Below, one piece after another: positions 26,268 to 39,224 of a stretch of 64,000 bases of DNA. The DNA lies in NCBI RefSeq assembly GCF_018977255.1, contig NW_024704770.1:3100001-3164000 (forward strand). The letters are read 5' to 3'. How positions within the stretch are numbered: position 1 is the stretch's first letter; the number at the start of each line of letters is the position of its first letter. The notes beneath the pieces are model-generated. The model had not been told where the DNA came from, did no database searches, and was given only the letters and a program-made list of their open reading frames with translations. Position numbers and translations under genes: made by a program. The stretch comes from Callorhinchus milii. Taxonomy: Eukaryota.

Positions 26268-28154
26268 TGGGTCCCGAGTCCGTCACCGTAACACAAACCA
26301 TCGGCAGCCACTGCCTCCAGTCCTCACGGCCATCGAGTCACAAGGTGAAAATCTGCTGGGGGTGGGAGGGAGGCAGAGATGGTGAAGGAACATGCTGTAA
26401 ATCTGCCCCCTTCCTGCCTTCCCCCATCTTCAGGTCGATCGTACTTACGACGGTCACCTCCCACCTCCCCTCCTTCTCCCCCTGGCTCAAGGCCAGACTC
26501 CGCCACTGTCAAGTGCCCTGGGACACTACCCTGTGTGAGGGGCACTGTGTAATTGCAAGTAGTTGTTGTTGTCATTGTAAATGCTGACCAGCCTGGGTGA
26601 TGTGACCCAGCCCCACGTCTCAGGATTAAACCCTATCACCCCCCCTTCGGTCCCCTACACCCTCCCTGCCCTCCTGATCCCAAGCCCCAGCTCGGGTGGA
26701 AATCACTGGCTGTCTAACACCTTAGGACGTCCTCCTGGCATGAAAGGTGCTGTCCAAATGTTAACTGTTGTTGAGTGTCAAACCCACCCAGGGACTGTCA
26801 AATGCAGCAAGTGCCAACAGGTTACTGGGCAACACAGCCCTGAACCTGTCCTCACACAGACACCCGAGAGAGAGGGAGAGAGAGCGCCACCGCACAGCCA
26901 ACGTTGGGGCAACCCTGGCTCAGGTATCGTCTAACCCAATGACAAGTGTAGGCCCGAGCGCTGCCCGGTTGGAGATCAGCACAGTGTGGGAAAACTAAAG
27001 CCCTGCTGCACAAGGCTCAATGAGAGCGTTTCGGCCATCCAACCTGCTTTCACCACTGTCTGTCCAGCACATGGCAACTGTACCCACCAGGTGCTGGGGA
27101 GGGGGTGGGGGGGGGGAAGGGCCCATCATTCAGACAGACACACATTGTTCACGTTAGTAAATCAACAAGTGGGAGTGATGGCGGAGGCCATTGTGAGATC
27201 ATCGACAGAGAGCAATTGTCCCGTGAAGTGAGAAAGTTGAGGAGCAGCAGCGACGTCCCACTGACTGACGCTGCCAAAGGGAACGACCGGTTCTATCTGG
27301 AGAATTCGTGGCCAGGGCGGGTGTTGCCGACCTTAAAAGGTATTTCAACACCTTGGCACGGACGCCCTCTCGACGCGAAAGGCACTATCCAACTGTAATT
27401 TGTGGTTACTGCTGTCATCCAAAAGGAGGCGGCCTCAGGCGGAGGGGGAAAAGGTGAAGTCGAAACCAGGCGGAGTGAAACCTTAGGTAAGTTTCCTCAC
27501 TCCACACACACCCTCCTCTGTTTACGCAGCAGTAATAGGAACCCAGTTGTCATGTCGATTGGAGGATCGCCTTCCGGGGCGGGAGGGGAGTGGGGGGAGA
27601 ATTTGGTCACTCAATCCACGACTATTTGCGGGACGTCGCACAGCAAGTGGCTGCCGCGTTTCGCCCGCACAAAATGCACAGTCACCCACCACCCACCACC
27701 ACCACAACAACAAATGGCATTTGCGTAGCGAGTGCCCTTCGCGTCGGGAGGACGTCCCACAAAGGCCATCCGTCCGCCCCCTTCCAAGAGCGAGGGGGGC
27801 AGATTTTTGGCAGCTCAGGGGTACTGAGGGACACGGGGTGGGGGGGGGGTGGGGGAGAAAGCGGGAAACTGGAATTGGAAGGATTAGTGGAGGTGCAGAT
27901 CAGCCGCGATCCAATTGAAGCGGCGGAACAGGCTGGAAGGGCTGGATGGCCTCCCCCTTGCCCCTACGTTCCCGAGGTGCTCTCGACGAGACATTTTACA
28001 GTGTTACCCGGCGAAGCGCTCTGAGGCGCCTCGAACCGACGTGACGAGGCCCCACATCAAATGCAACGACTGTTATTATAATTATTAGGTACTAATACCA
28101 TTCGGTCTCTGAAGCCAAAGCCTTCGACCTGATGTTACTCCTCTTAATGAGGAA

Positions 28155-28720
28155 GGGGGTGGGGGGCGGGGCCTGGGGTGGGCTTGATTGACACCCACAG
28201 CAGCCAATCACAGGCACGATCCGCATGACAGACGGCCGCGCCCGCCAATCAGGTCGCCTGACCGGCAGCGCCCCGCAACCAATGGGGGCAAAGCAGCGAG
28301 TCAGGTGATTGACAGCCCGCCTTGGTCCCGCCCCCCCGCCGGCTAGGCCCGAAGCCCCGCTCTTTCCTGTCGTGTTTCCCCCTCACGCTCACCCGTCAAG
28401 TGCCCGGGGGGGGGGGGAGGAACCCCGCCCCCCCCCAAACCGCCGCGCCGTCCGGTTAAACAAACGGCGTCGCCCCTCTCGCTCTCCTACTGCCCTCCCG
28501 CCGTTAACCGTTTCTTATCCGTTTCTGTCCTCGCTCACAGGTCCCCCAACCGCCGCCGCCGCCACTGGAGAGCGGAGCGAACCCGACCGTGGAATCAGGC
28601 GCCGCCACCGCCTCCCGTTACAGCGCCTCCCGCTGGCGGGAGGGGGGAAGTGCAGCCCCGGCCACGGCCACAGCGCCCCCCGCTGGCGGGAGGGGGGAAG
28701 TGCAGCCACTGGTTACATTT
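28155..28720. promoter_or_regulatory. CpG island and promoter region of ATG4D
   Basis: GC boxes, several CCAAT boxes (28205, 28245, 28279), high CpG density, and a minus-strand donor-like site near 28390. Confidence 0.6.
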
Positions 28721-29069
28721 TTATTTTACAGTCAAAAAAGTCCACATCAATTTGCAGCAGTGCTATCAAAGTGAACCAAATGATACCCCCTCCGCTCCCC
28801 TCCCCCCCTCCAGCTCAGGGCCTCGACCCCACACCTGGAACGTCTCTCTCGCTGTGGCTTCCACGGCAACACAGGGCATCACAGCATCACAGAGCACAGG
28901 AGGAGGCCATTCGGCCCATCGGGTCTGTGACGGCTCTTTGAAAAGAGCTTTTCCAAATGAATCCCACTCCCCCCCCCCACCCCGGTGCCGCCGCTCGCTC
29001 GCTCCCATAGCCCTGCAAACTTGTCCTCCCCAAACAATTACCTAGTACAGTGTAGTGACCGTGTGTCTT

Positions 29070-29480
29070 TTTTCAGCCACGAAGCAAATAGGTGATTTAT
29101 TCGGTGGGTGGGGGAGCAATTTCCAGCCGGGACACAGGGGTGGTGGAGGTGAGGGGGGTTGAGGGAGAAACTCCCCTCTCTTTTCCCCAACAGCGACACA
29201 AAATCTTTAACGTCCACACAAATAGGGCACTAACATGGGACCGTCCTCAAGCCTATTCATGACTGATCTCTCCCTCAATTACCTGCCTTTGCACCCCCCC
29301 CCCCCCCCCCAAGCTTAACGTCTCATCCGAAGGATAGCGCCTTGGATAATGCAGCGTTCTCTCTCCCTCCCCACCCCCCCACCCCCACAGCGCTGCGCTG
29401 GAGTGTCAGCCTCGCCTGTGAGCTCAGAGTCCTCCTCGCATTTGGAGGGGGAGAGAATGGGGAAGTTCAAACGCACAACC
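29070..29480 (-). mobile_element. Old SacSINE1/DeuSINE-like element; related fragments at about 5770-6090, 21020-21250, 41000-41140, 45370-45410
   Basis: Resembles the Deu-domain SINE as recalled: ...ggacac..gggagaaactcccc...tttaacgtccac...taacgtctcatccgaagga...ctggagtgtcagcct. Confidence 0.6.
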
Positions 29481-30610
29481 CACACCAAAGCTTACCCGGT
29501 GAGAGGTGAAAGCACAGACATGATTTAATCTGCTTCCTGTTTGGTTAAATGTCAGCTTTGAAAACAGGAAACCGTTTTCCTACGAGTTTTGAACGTTCAG
29601 AGTCTCCTTAAGAAAGAGAGGCAGGTTTTAATTTATTACGCTGCTTTTTAATGTCTTGACGCACCGCTATTCAAACAGTGGAGGTCTGCTCTGTGTGGCA
29701 GACACACACGCACGCGCACACACTCACTCACTCACTCACACACACACACTCACACATTCAGTATAACCAGTTGGGAGCCTCTTTAGGAGCTATACACTGT
29801 ACATTTGTGGAGTAAGATACAGAGCATCTGGAGGGGAGAGAGTAAGAGGATGGGGAGGTTGATTTACAGAGTGGCTAACACTGGAGGGAATCACTCCATG
29901 GACCGTTCTTTCTCTCTCTCTCTCTCTGGGTTCTTCCCGAGTGAGGCTGATGTGAAGCAGGAAACCTGGACGGGGGTCTGAGGATGTGAGACTTGATCAT
30001 CTTTCACACAACCTCAGACACACACACACATACACCCACACACAGTGCCTCTCGGTCACTGTGCCGGTCTGTGCCAGCAGTCACCTGCTCGGTCACCCGC
30101 CCACATCCACCAAGGTGCTTACTCTCCTCGGGAGAACCAAAGCCGGTCGGTCTTGATGTCTATTTACCTGTGGGATCGGGCTCAGTGGAGGGGGTAGGGG
30201 AGGGAGAGATGGTTGGGGGGAAGGGGGGGGGAGGGGAAGGGGGCGGGGAGAGAGGTTTCAAACCTACGGCTGAACACAAGCTCTGGGAGCTCAACATATA
30301 TAGCAGGTGTGGGGAGTGAGGTGGGGGGGGACGGGGACGGGGGAGTCTGAACCCTCTTCCCCCCCCCCACCCCGTGACTTACATGTGTCCATTAATCAGC
30401 CCCCAACAGTAGATCACCCTCAGCCACCCCCCCTCACCCCCTCGCCCCACTCCCAAGGTTGCCAAATTCCACCCAGTCTCAGCCGGTAGAGTGGTTTGGT
30501 CTGATGAAATCTTGGTCTCCTTCTCCCTCGATCTCTCTCTCTCTCTCGGGCGGGCGGTGGGGTAGGGTCTCGGAGGCTGAGACGAGGTGGTGGCAGAGGT
30601 GGGGGGGGGG

Positions 30611-33600
30611 TCAGTATTTGGGTATGGAGTCTGTCTCCTGCAGCTCGTTGGTGACGGTGCAGTTGGGCAAACTCTGGCGTATCTTCTGTAGCTCCTCCTC
30701 CGAGTAGCGGTTGCCGTTGAGGTTGAGCTTGGTGAGCGAGGGCAGGCCGGCGCACACGCTCACCAGCTGGTCCACGCTCAGCTGGTAACAGTACTCCACG
30801 CACAGTGACTGCAGCGACTTGAGGCCCACCAGGCAGGCCAGCCCGGCGTCCGTCATGGAGCAGAACTTGGTCAGGTCCAGGGCCCGCAGCTGGGTCAGGT
30901 GTCGGCCCACATGCCGCAGGGCACCGTCCGAGATATTGCAGCCGTACAGCCTGAGGCGCACCACCTCCGAGAGCCGCTCGGCCGACCGCTCGATCCCCCC
31001 GTCCGTTACCCGGTACGCCTCCGACAGCAGCAGCGTCTTGAGGGTGGTCCTGGCGGCCAGGCTTTGGAGGTGTTGGTCGGAGAAGTTGGGGACGCTATCC
31101 ACCTCCAGGTTCTCGATGCGCGGAGGTGGGGCCCGGCCCCCCAAGCCCCCGCCCCCGCTCCCCACGCTGCCAGAGGAGGAAGAGGAGGAGGTGGAGGAAG
31201 AGGAAGCCCCTGGAGCCACCCGGAACCAATGCAGCGGGATCTCGCAGTGGGTCAGCTCCAGGGTGAGCAGCGAGGGAGGCAGACACTCGTAGCTGATCCC
31301 ACGCAGGTTCATCTCGATCAGACGCAGGGCGTTCAGGCCGGGGCAACGCTTGCCGAGCTCCAGCAGCAAAGCCTCGGTCAACGACTCGTGCTTCCTGACC
31401 GAGTGCAGGACCCCCTTCAGTCTCAGGCTCCGCAGGGTGCCCCCCAGGTAATGCCGGACCAGGTGCCACAGGATCCGAGAGTTCACCTGTCGGGGGGCGT
31501 CGGACGGAGAGAGAGAGACATAGAGAGAGAGAGAGACCCTGGTTACTGCAGTGACCAGCACAGGTACAACAACAACACATGACATTTACACAGCGCCTGT
31601 CGTTCATGTCAGGAGGACGTCCACAGGCGCTGGACAGTCAGAGACATGGACCCGAGCTAAAGGTGGGGGGGGTTGCGTGGGATCAGGAGGGGGTGGAGGG
31701 CAGGGAGGGTTGGAGTAAGAGTGTGACCGAAGGCGCGGTCGAAGAGGAGGTTCTTGAGACGGGCCTCGAAGGAGGCAAGTTTTTGTTGCTACCAACGGGA
31801 TCTATACACTCACACACACTCCCCCTCCCACACACACACACACACACTCACTGCCCCACAAAAACACACACACAAACACTCCCTCCCCCCACCCCACCCA
31901 CCCCCCACATACACGCAGGGACACTCCACGGGTCCTCCTTTACCTTGTAGGGGGTCAAGTCGACATCTTTCCACAGCCCTTTGTCGTAAGCCAGTCTCCT
32001 CCACCGCTTGCACACTCTGCCAGACAGACAGACATTCAGACAGAAGCAGATGTGTCTTTCTTCAGTATAAACCTCGGACACGCTCTCCTGCGCGAGGGAC
32101 ACTTGCATAAATACAACCTGTTACAGGGACACAGGTACAGGAGAAGGCCATTCAGCCCCTCGAGCCTGTTCCGCCATTCTATTAGATCATCACTGGGTGA
32201 AAACAATGGGGCATTGCTATTGAGATCGCCCCACGATCACCACCTTCTCTGGGCAATAAATAGCGATCCCCCCCCCCCCCCACCAGAATGAGATGTAGAG
32301 TAGTTCTCCTTTTCCCCCCCTCCAACCCCACAGAATGTTCATTTCTCCTCAAGTAACTGTGCAAATAAGTGAGCTGCTCAGTACAGGTGTGTCCCAGGAC
32401 TGGGGCAGAAATTGAGCTCAGCCGCTGGCTTTGGTGCTGTGTGTGTGTGGGGTGGGGAGGGGGGTCTGTGTGTGAATGTGCATATGCGTGTGGGGGGAAT
32501 GAGTGTGTGTGTGTGGGAGTGTGTGTGGCAGTGGGAGGGGGTGGGAGTGTGTGGGCGCGGGTGTATGTGTTGGGGGAAATGAGTGTGTGTGTGGGGGTGG
32601 GGGGCGGAGAGTGTGTGAGGTGGGTGGGAGTGTGTGTGGATGTGGGGAATGTATGCTTGTGGTGGGGGGAGTATATGCGTGTGTGTCTGGGGGGAGTGTG
32701 TGTGTGGTAGTGGGGGGAGTGTGTGTGTGTGTGTGTGTGGGGGGGGGGAGTGTGTGTATTTGGGAGTGGGGGGCAGTGAGGTGTTGGGGGGGAACCTGCA
32801 TTATCACTGAGAAGTAAGACATGACAACCTCCCCCCCACAATCTGGGATGTGAATTCATTCACTGACAGCCACAGTTTGACCGTTTGAAACAGCATCAAT
32901 GACCCTCCTCCCACTCACTGCCTCCGACTGACCATTCAAACCCATCTCACTATCTGTCTGTGTCTCAATGTCTCTCTCTCTCTCTGTCTGTGTGTCTGTC
33001 CATCCGCGTGTGTGTGTGTGTCTGTCTCTCAGTGTCTGTCTCAATGTTTGTGTGTGTGTTTGTCTCTCTGTGACACAGATAGACATGTCTCTGTCTCAGT
33101 GTCTATGTCTGTGTGTCCATCTGTCTGTCTCCTCTGTCAGTCTTTCTCTGTCTCAGTATTTGTCTCGATGGCTGCGTTGGTGTGTGTGTGTCTCTGTCTC
33201 ACTCTCAGTGTCATGTCTCCTCTATCAGTGTCTCTCTCTCAGTGTCAGTTCATTTCCCTTTGTGTGTGTCTCTCCTCCAGTGAAACCTACTGGTGTATAG
33301 GTGTGTGTGTGTGTAGGTGAGTGTGTTGAGGGGTGTGTGTGTGTGTGTGTGTGTATACTATATGATGTGTGTGTAGGGTATGTGGGGAGGGTGTGTGGGG
33401 CTGTGTTTAGGTGAGTGTGTAGGTGTGTGGCTCCTGAGGGTGTGTGTGTGTGTGGGTGTGTGTGTATGGTGGTATGTTTGTATTTGGTGTGTGTGTATAT
33501 ATGGTGCCTGGTATGTGTGTAGAGGTGTGTATGGTGTGTGTATATAGCGTGTGTATGGAGGTGTATACGGTGTGTGCAGAGGTGTATATGGGGTGTAAAT

Positions 33601-34040
33601 GGTCAATGTGTATACGGTGTATATACGGTGTGTGTGTGTGTATATATAGTATGTGTGTAGGTGTACATGGTGTCTGGTGTATACGGTGCGTGTGTATATG
33701 GTATGTGTGTAGTGTACATGGTGTCTGGTGTATACGTGTGTGTACAGAGGGTGTGTATAGGGTGTGTGTGTAGAGGTGCACAGGCTGCCTGGTGTACACG
33801 GTGTGTGTATAGGTGTATAGGGGGTGTGTACAGGGGTTGTGTACGGTGGGTGTGTACAGGGAGGAGTGTGTACAGGGGGAGTGTGTACAGGGAGTGTGTG
33901 CTCGGGGAGTGTGTACAGGGAGTGCGGTACCTGCTGATGCGGAGTAGGTCTCTGGTGCTGAGATAGGAGAGGATGTGGACTAAGACGCTCTCGGGCAGGA
34001 GGTCCAGCGCCGCCCTCTCCCCCACGAACATTGTGGCCAT
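30611..34040 (-). CDS. FBXL12: F-box/LRR-repeat protein 12, 352 aa
   Basis: Exons 33931-34040 (F-box LLPESVLVHILSYLSTRDLLRISR), 31944-32016 (VCKRWRRLAYDKGLWKDVDLT) and 30611-31486 (LRRs). Phases consistent, 1059 nt. Confidence 0.93.
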
Positions 34041-34094
34041 TTTCCTCTCCTCTGTGATACAAAGATACCACAACCGACAACGAGCGGCGCCGAC

Positions 34095-34490
34095 ACAGCA
34101 CCGCCGGCAGGAGGGGCCCTCCCCCCACACCGCCCCACACAGCACAGCGCCACCGCCGGCAGGAGGGGCCCTCCCCCCACACCGCACAGCCCCACACAGC
34201 GCCACCGCCGGCAGGAGGGGCCCTCCCCCCACACCGCCCCACACAGCACAGCACAGCCCCACACAGCGCCACCGCCGGCAGGAGGGGCCCTCCCCCCCCC
34301 ACACAGCACCGCACAGCGCCACCGCCGGCAGGAGGGGCCCTCCCCCCACACCGCACAGCCCCACACAGCGCCACCGCCGGCAGGAGGGGCCCTCCCCCCC
34401 ACACAGCACCGCACAGCACAGCGCCACCACCGGCAGGAGGGGCCCTCCCCCCCCCACACAGCACCGCACAGCGCCACCGCCGCCCGGGAG
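34095..34490. repeat. GC-rich minisatellite, 7 copies plus a partial, about 50-67 bp period, directly upstream of the FBXL12 ATG
   Basis: Unit core cacagcgccaccgccggcaggaggggccctcccccc. Confidence 0.9.
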
Positions 34491-34499
34491 GCGCTCTCT

Positions 34500-34910
34500 C
34501 ACCACTCACTCACTCTCCATCACTCTCTCTCTCCATCTCTCACTCACTCCATCTCTCACTCACTCACTCTCCATCTCTCACTCACTCACTCTCCATCTCT
34601 CACTCACTCACTCTCTCACTCACTCTCCATCTCTCTCTCACTCACTCACTCTCCATCTCTCACTCACTCTCCATCTCTCACTCACTCTCCATCTCTCACT
34701 CACTCACTCTCCATCACTCTCTCTCTCCATCTCTCACTCACTCACTCTCCATCTCTCACTCACTCACTCACTCTCCATCTCTCCTCACTCTCTCCATCTC
34801 TCCTCACTCTCCATCTCTCACTCACTCTCCATCGCTCACTCATTCTCCACCACTCTCTCACTCACTCTCCATTACTCACTCACTCATTCTCCATCTCTCA
34901 CTCACTAACC
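34500..34910. repeat. (CACT/CCATCT)n low-complexity repeat
   Basis: Repeated ctcactcactctccatct. Confidence 0.85.
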
Positions 34911-36134
34911 CCCGTTCCTCCCTCTCTCCACTCGCCCTGTCCCTCCCTCTCTCACTCCCACCCCCCATCCCTCCACACCTCCAATTAGCTGAACCATTCA
35001 CTCACGGGGAAGGGACATGTGGTCGAGCTGTGGGCAGGAAGATGGTGGCGATGCTCTCACGCATTTCCTGCGGAGAATGTGTTGCCCACCATGAAGCGCA
35101 GGGAGTTCCTGGTACCTGTCACCCACCTCGTGAGGGCTCGAACCTGCGCTTGTCGGGTGTCGAACGACCAACTTGGGGGAATGTGAGCGAGGTCTGGCCC
35201 CAAGGTGACCGGCCGGGCAACGGAATGTGGGAATGGAGCCAGGCCTCCGCGACGGTCTCTAGTCCCCGGTTCCTGAGCCAGGAGGGGCCGCAGTGTCCCG
35301 GGGGCACTCACTGCTGATGGCAGCACAGCCCGGCCCGGCTCATGGGCAGGACCTGGGAGGGCCGACCAGTCCATGGGGACAGGGAATCCTCCCCCTCAGC
35401 TCCTGGTAACCCCACAGCCAAAGCCCTAACTAACGGGGAGGGGGGTCCGAGCTGGACAGGCAGCGGGAAAGCTTGGCCAGACAGCGATGTCAATGGCCGA
35501 GCTGTGTGTGGGTTGAGCTGGTACCAAGCCTTGCATTTGCACCTTATCACGTCGTCGAGATATCTCAAAGCTGTCAAGTGTAGTGACAGTGCATTTTGTG
35601 GGCGAAACGTGGCAGCCAGTTGCGCACAGCAGCGTCCCACGAACAGTGGTTGAGCGAGCAATCAATTTTATTGGGAGGGGAAACAGCAATACAATACAAT
35701 ACCAAATTAAATTCATACAGCGCCTTTCATGTCGGGAGGACGTCCCCCTCGACCGCTCTCTCCCTGTGTTTGGAAGTAAATCTTACACTTTCAAGAGAAA
35801 ACTCCAGACTCACAGTCACTACAGTTCCTCGGCCCAAAATATTTTTGGGGAAAAAAGAAAACAAGAAACTGACTGACTTTAGTTTTTAAAGTTACATCGG
35901 AGGCGTCGATCAGAGTGTTTGTTCCAAACTGGTGGGGGTGGGGGGGGACACACACACGGGAGATTAACCCCTGCTGAGACACACAGGGAGGGGATTAACC
36001 TCTCACAGACAGGGAAATAGATTAAACCTCACAGACAGGGGGAACAGTTTAACCCCTTACAGACAGGGGAAACTGTTTAAACCCCTATAGACACAGGTGC
36101 TCATTCGCTTCCTCTCTCATCGTTTTCCGCGTCT

Positions 36135-37954
36135 TCAAGACATTCTGGAATTTCTATTGTTTCCGCTTTTCATGGGAGCCATTGGGAGATGGAGGGGCTC
36201 CCAGCAGTGAGGGCACCACAGGATGGCTTCACTCTCTCTCCGCGGCACATACCAGCAGCTGTCACAGTGGGTCTGATACTTCTTATACCTGAGCAGCGTG
36301 ATACAAGCCTCTCGGTAACTTTATACCCACAGCCAGACCTGTCCTCAGCAAACACTCAGCGCACTGGCCTTTACGATAGAATAATAACAACAATCCTCAT
36401 CACCTCATTGAGACGTCTCAAAGCACTTCATAGGATATACTGTAAAGTGAAGTGACTGTGCATTTTGTGGGCGAAACGCGGCAGCCAATTGCACACAGTG
36501 ACGTCCCACAAACAGTCGTGGATTCAGTGACCAATTTTTTTGTGCCCTGGTGTGGGGTGGGTCGGGGGGGGGGGGGCGGAAGGGATTGTTACCCCCGGAA
36601 AGCGATTGCCAATCGATTAGCAACCAGGTTCCGATTTACTGCAAGGTAAACAGAGGCGCGCGCGTGTGTGTGCGTTTGTCTGTGTGTGTGGAGTAAGGAA
36701 ACTTGCCCAAAGTTTTGTCCTGACCCACCTGGGAATCTAACCCCCCGCCCCCACCACCATCCCAGCCCCCGGCTGCCTCTTACCTGATGCCACAAGCATT
36801 GCAAAGGGTGGTTCCGTCCCCAGTTTGCCGCCACAGGGGAGTCTGGCGGGTCTGACACGAAGCGCATTGCTTTCTCTCTGCAAAACCAAACAGGTGCCAG
36901 ACACCTCAGCTACAATCCTCCTAACTAGAGTTAGGACCCTCCATCACGGGTTAGGACCCTTATCCCCAGGTCTGGGTTTCCTCCCCCACCAAGTTAGGAC
37001 GCTCCCCCCAGGCTGAGACCCCTCCCCCTAGGGCCTGCCCCACCCTCTACATAATTGACCAGTCAGTCCAGGATGATTAGTGACCAGGACTTCGGGAGAC
37101 ACTCTCCCCCTCTCCCCCACTCACCTGTGGGACGACAGCTCATCAGGAGTCCCCTTGGGGTGCGTGGGGGGGAAACTTGGGAAGAACCAGTCTTTTCCTT
37201 AACGCTCCGGCAGCCACTGAGTTGTGCCGGTGTTGGGCGCTGACTGGTTTGCGTCCGGTCGGGTTCAGAGCGCCGGAGCTTTCGACAGAAGCGCCCACTG
37301 GGAGAAACACAAGAGCCGAAGGGAGCAAAAATATGTGTGTGTGTGTGAACCTGCGTGGGGTCTAACAGGATAATTATAATAATAATCCTTCCATTTGTCA
37401 TAGCCCCTTATCATGTTTTCGAGACGTCTCAACGCGCTTCACAGGATATACCGCAAAGTGTAGTGACTGTATATTGTCTGGGCAAAACGCGGCAGCCAAT
37501 TGCACACAGCGCAGACCCACAAACCATTGTGGATGAAAGACCACATTTCTTTTGGGCGGAAGGGGAAAAAATGATTACCCGCAAAGCGATCGGCAATTGA
37601 CTAACAACCCGGTTCTTACTGCTCGGTAAACAGAGACGTCCGTGCGCGCGCGTGTACAGTAAGGAAACTTGCCTAAGGTTTCGCCCTGACCCGTCCCGCC
37701 CCCGAATCGAACTCGGGTCCTCCGCCTTGCGAGGCGAGCGAGCGAGCGAGCCAATACGCTACGTGAAGCTGGCTATGATACCTGTAGCTGGCGGTGATGT
37801 GGAGGCTGCCCTGGTGTCTTCTCATGTTCACGGTGACGCCCCTGAAGATGCTGTCCTGTCTCTCCGCGCTCTTCCTGGGCTGTTGCTGTTTCCTCCTGGC
37901 CGCTCCTCTCCGGGGGGGTGAGGGCCGGGGGAGGCACTGGGCTCCCCATCCCAT
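36135..37954 (-). CDS. ZGLP1: GATA-type zinc finger protein 1 (ZGLP1/GLP-1), about 197 aa
   Basis: Exons 37782-37954 ([22 protein letters not shown]), 37125-37297, 36784-36877 ([28 protein letters not shown], a C-x2-C-x17-C-x2-C GATA finger) and 36135-36288 ([16 protein letters not shown]...CPHC). Phases consistent. Lies immediately downstream of FDX2 as in human. 5' end uncertain. Confidence 0.92.
36390..36740 (-). mobile_element. tRNA-derived SINE (head truncated) in a ZGLP1 intron; another copy at about 37380-37745
   Basis: Family core and tail: gagacgtctcaaagcacttcataggatatactgtaaagtgaagtgactgtg...ggcagccaattgcacacag. Confidence 0.8.
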
Positions 37955-38014
37955 TCGAGGGGGCTAAATAATCAATAGGGGCGGGGGAACGGGGGCAGCC
38001 ATTTACTACACCCA

Positions 38015-38600
38015 ACACTAACATAACATGTAGGAGCAGGAGAGGCCATTCGGCCCTTCGAGCCTCTGCCCCGCCATTCAATCATGGCTGATCTTCTAAT
38101 CCAACTCCAGCTAATAACCTGACCCTGCCTTATACCCAGATCCCCCCCAACCCCAGCCTCCCCCTCCCCCCCAATCCCCATATCCCTTAATCCCGTTTGC
38201 AATAAGAAATCTATCTCAGTCTTGAATATGTTCAAGGACTGAGCGTCAACAGCCCTTTGGGGTAGTGAGTTCCATACATTCACTACCCTTTGTGTGAAGA
38301 AGTTCTTCCTCAACTCAGTGTGAAAGGGCTGTCCTCTGATTTTGAGGTTGTGAGCCCCGGTTTTAGTTTCTCCGACCGGGGACACAATCTCCCACTGTCT
38401 ACTCTATCATATCCTTTGATGATCTTACAGGTTTCTGTAAGATCCCCTCTAATTCTTCTATATTCCAGAGAATATTGGCCCAAATTCGTCAGCCTATCCT
38501 CGTGACTCATCCCCTCCATCCCTGGTACTAACCGAGTAAATCTACGCTGCGCCCCCTCCAAAGGCAAGTACGTCCTTCCTTAAATAAGGAGACCAAAACA
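38015..38600 (-). mobile_element. CR1/HER1-type LINE 3' fragment
   Basis: ORF2 C-terminus LEGAQRRFTRLVPGMEGMSHEDRLTNLGQYSLEYRRIRGDLTETCKIIKGYDRVD and, after a frameshift, RKNFFTQRVVNVWNSLP. Typical CR1 3' UTR. Confidence 0.92.
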
Positions 38601-39224
38601 CTGATTGCTTCATCGCATGGATTGACTGACTGTAAAGCTCTCTCTAACCCAACACTGGGCTCAGTTTCCGGTGGAAACGTCTGCGTTATTGGTTTATTTT
38701 ATATTTATTGTAAAGCCGAGGTCAAAATAATAAAACAAAAATAATCCAAGCGTTTGCCACGGGGCCCGATCCCGGACGCCTCCAAGCGCTTCGCCGGATA
38801 TTCCCAAAGTGGACCGACGGCGTATAGCCTGCGGGCGAAATGCGGCCGCCAAGTGCACTGCGCTCAGCAGCGACCCCCCAAACAGTCGTGGAACGAGCGA
38901 CCAAGATTGTTCTTTACTGTTATTTTTTAAGGGCTAATTAAAAAGGCAGGGATACCAGCAGAGAAAAGTTAAAGTGGATATGTTTTAATGTAAAGATTTC
39001 CCTGCGGCTGTGTGCCTCAGGACACACAGGGGCGAGAAAAATAACTTAAGTGACCAGTTTTTAAGGGGAGGTCCTCCCAACACTGACCTGAGGTCACTAT
39101 TGTCACTAAACAGCAATAAACCTGTAACTCAGGGCAGAGACTGACACTTACACACAGCGCTCCCGGTCAGGGCCACTCTCACACAATCCTCTTCACAAGG
39201 GGCAGCGGGAGGAGTCTTATACAC

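Noticed and set aside
29530-29575. Short inverted repeat ttcctgttt...aaacaggaa as a candidate miRNA hairpin
   Set aside because: The stem is only about 9 bp, too short for a pre-miRNA.
33358-34908. Long ORFs of 300-383 aa
   Set aside because: They run through stop-poor minisatellites. Only 33931-34040 is coding (FBXL12 exon 1).
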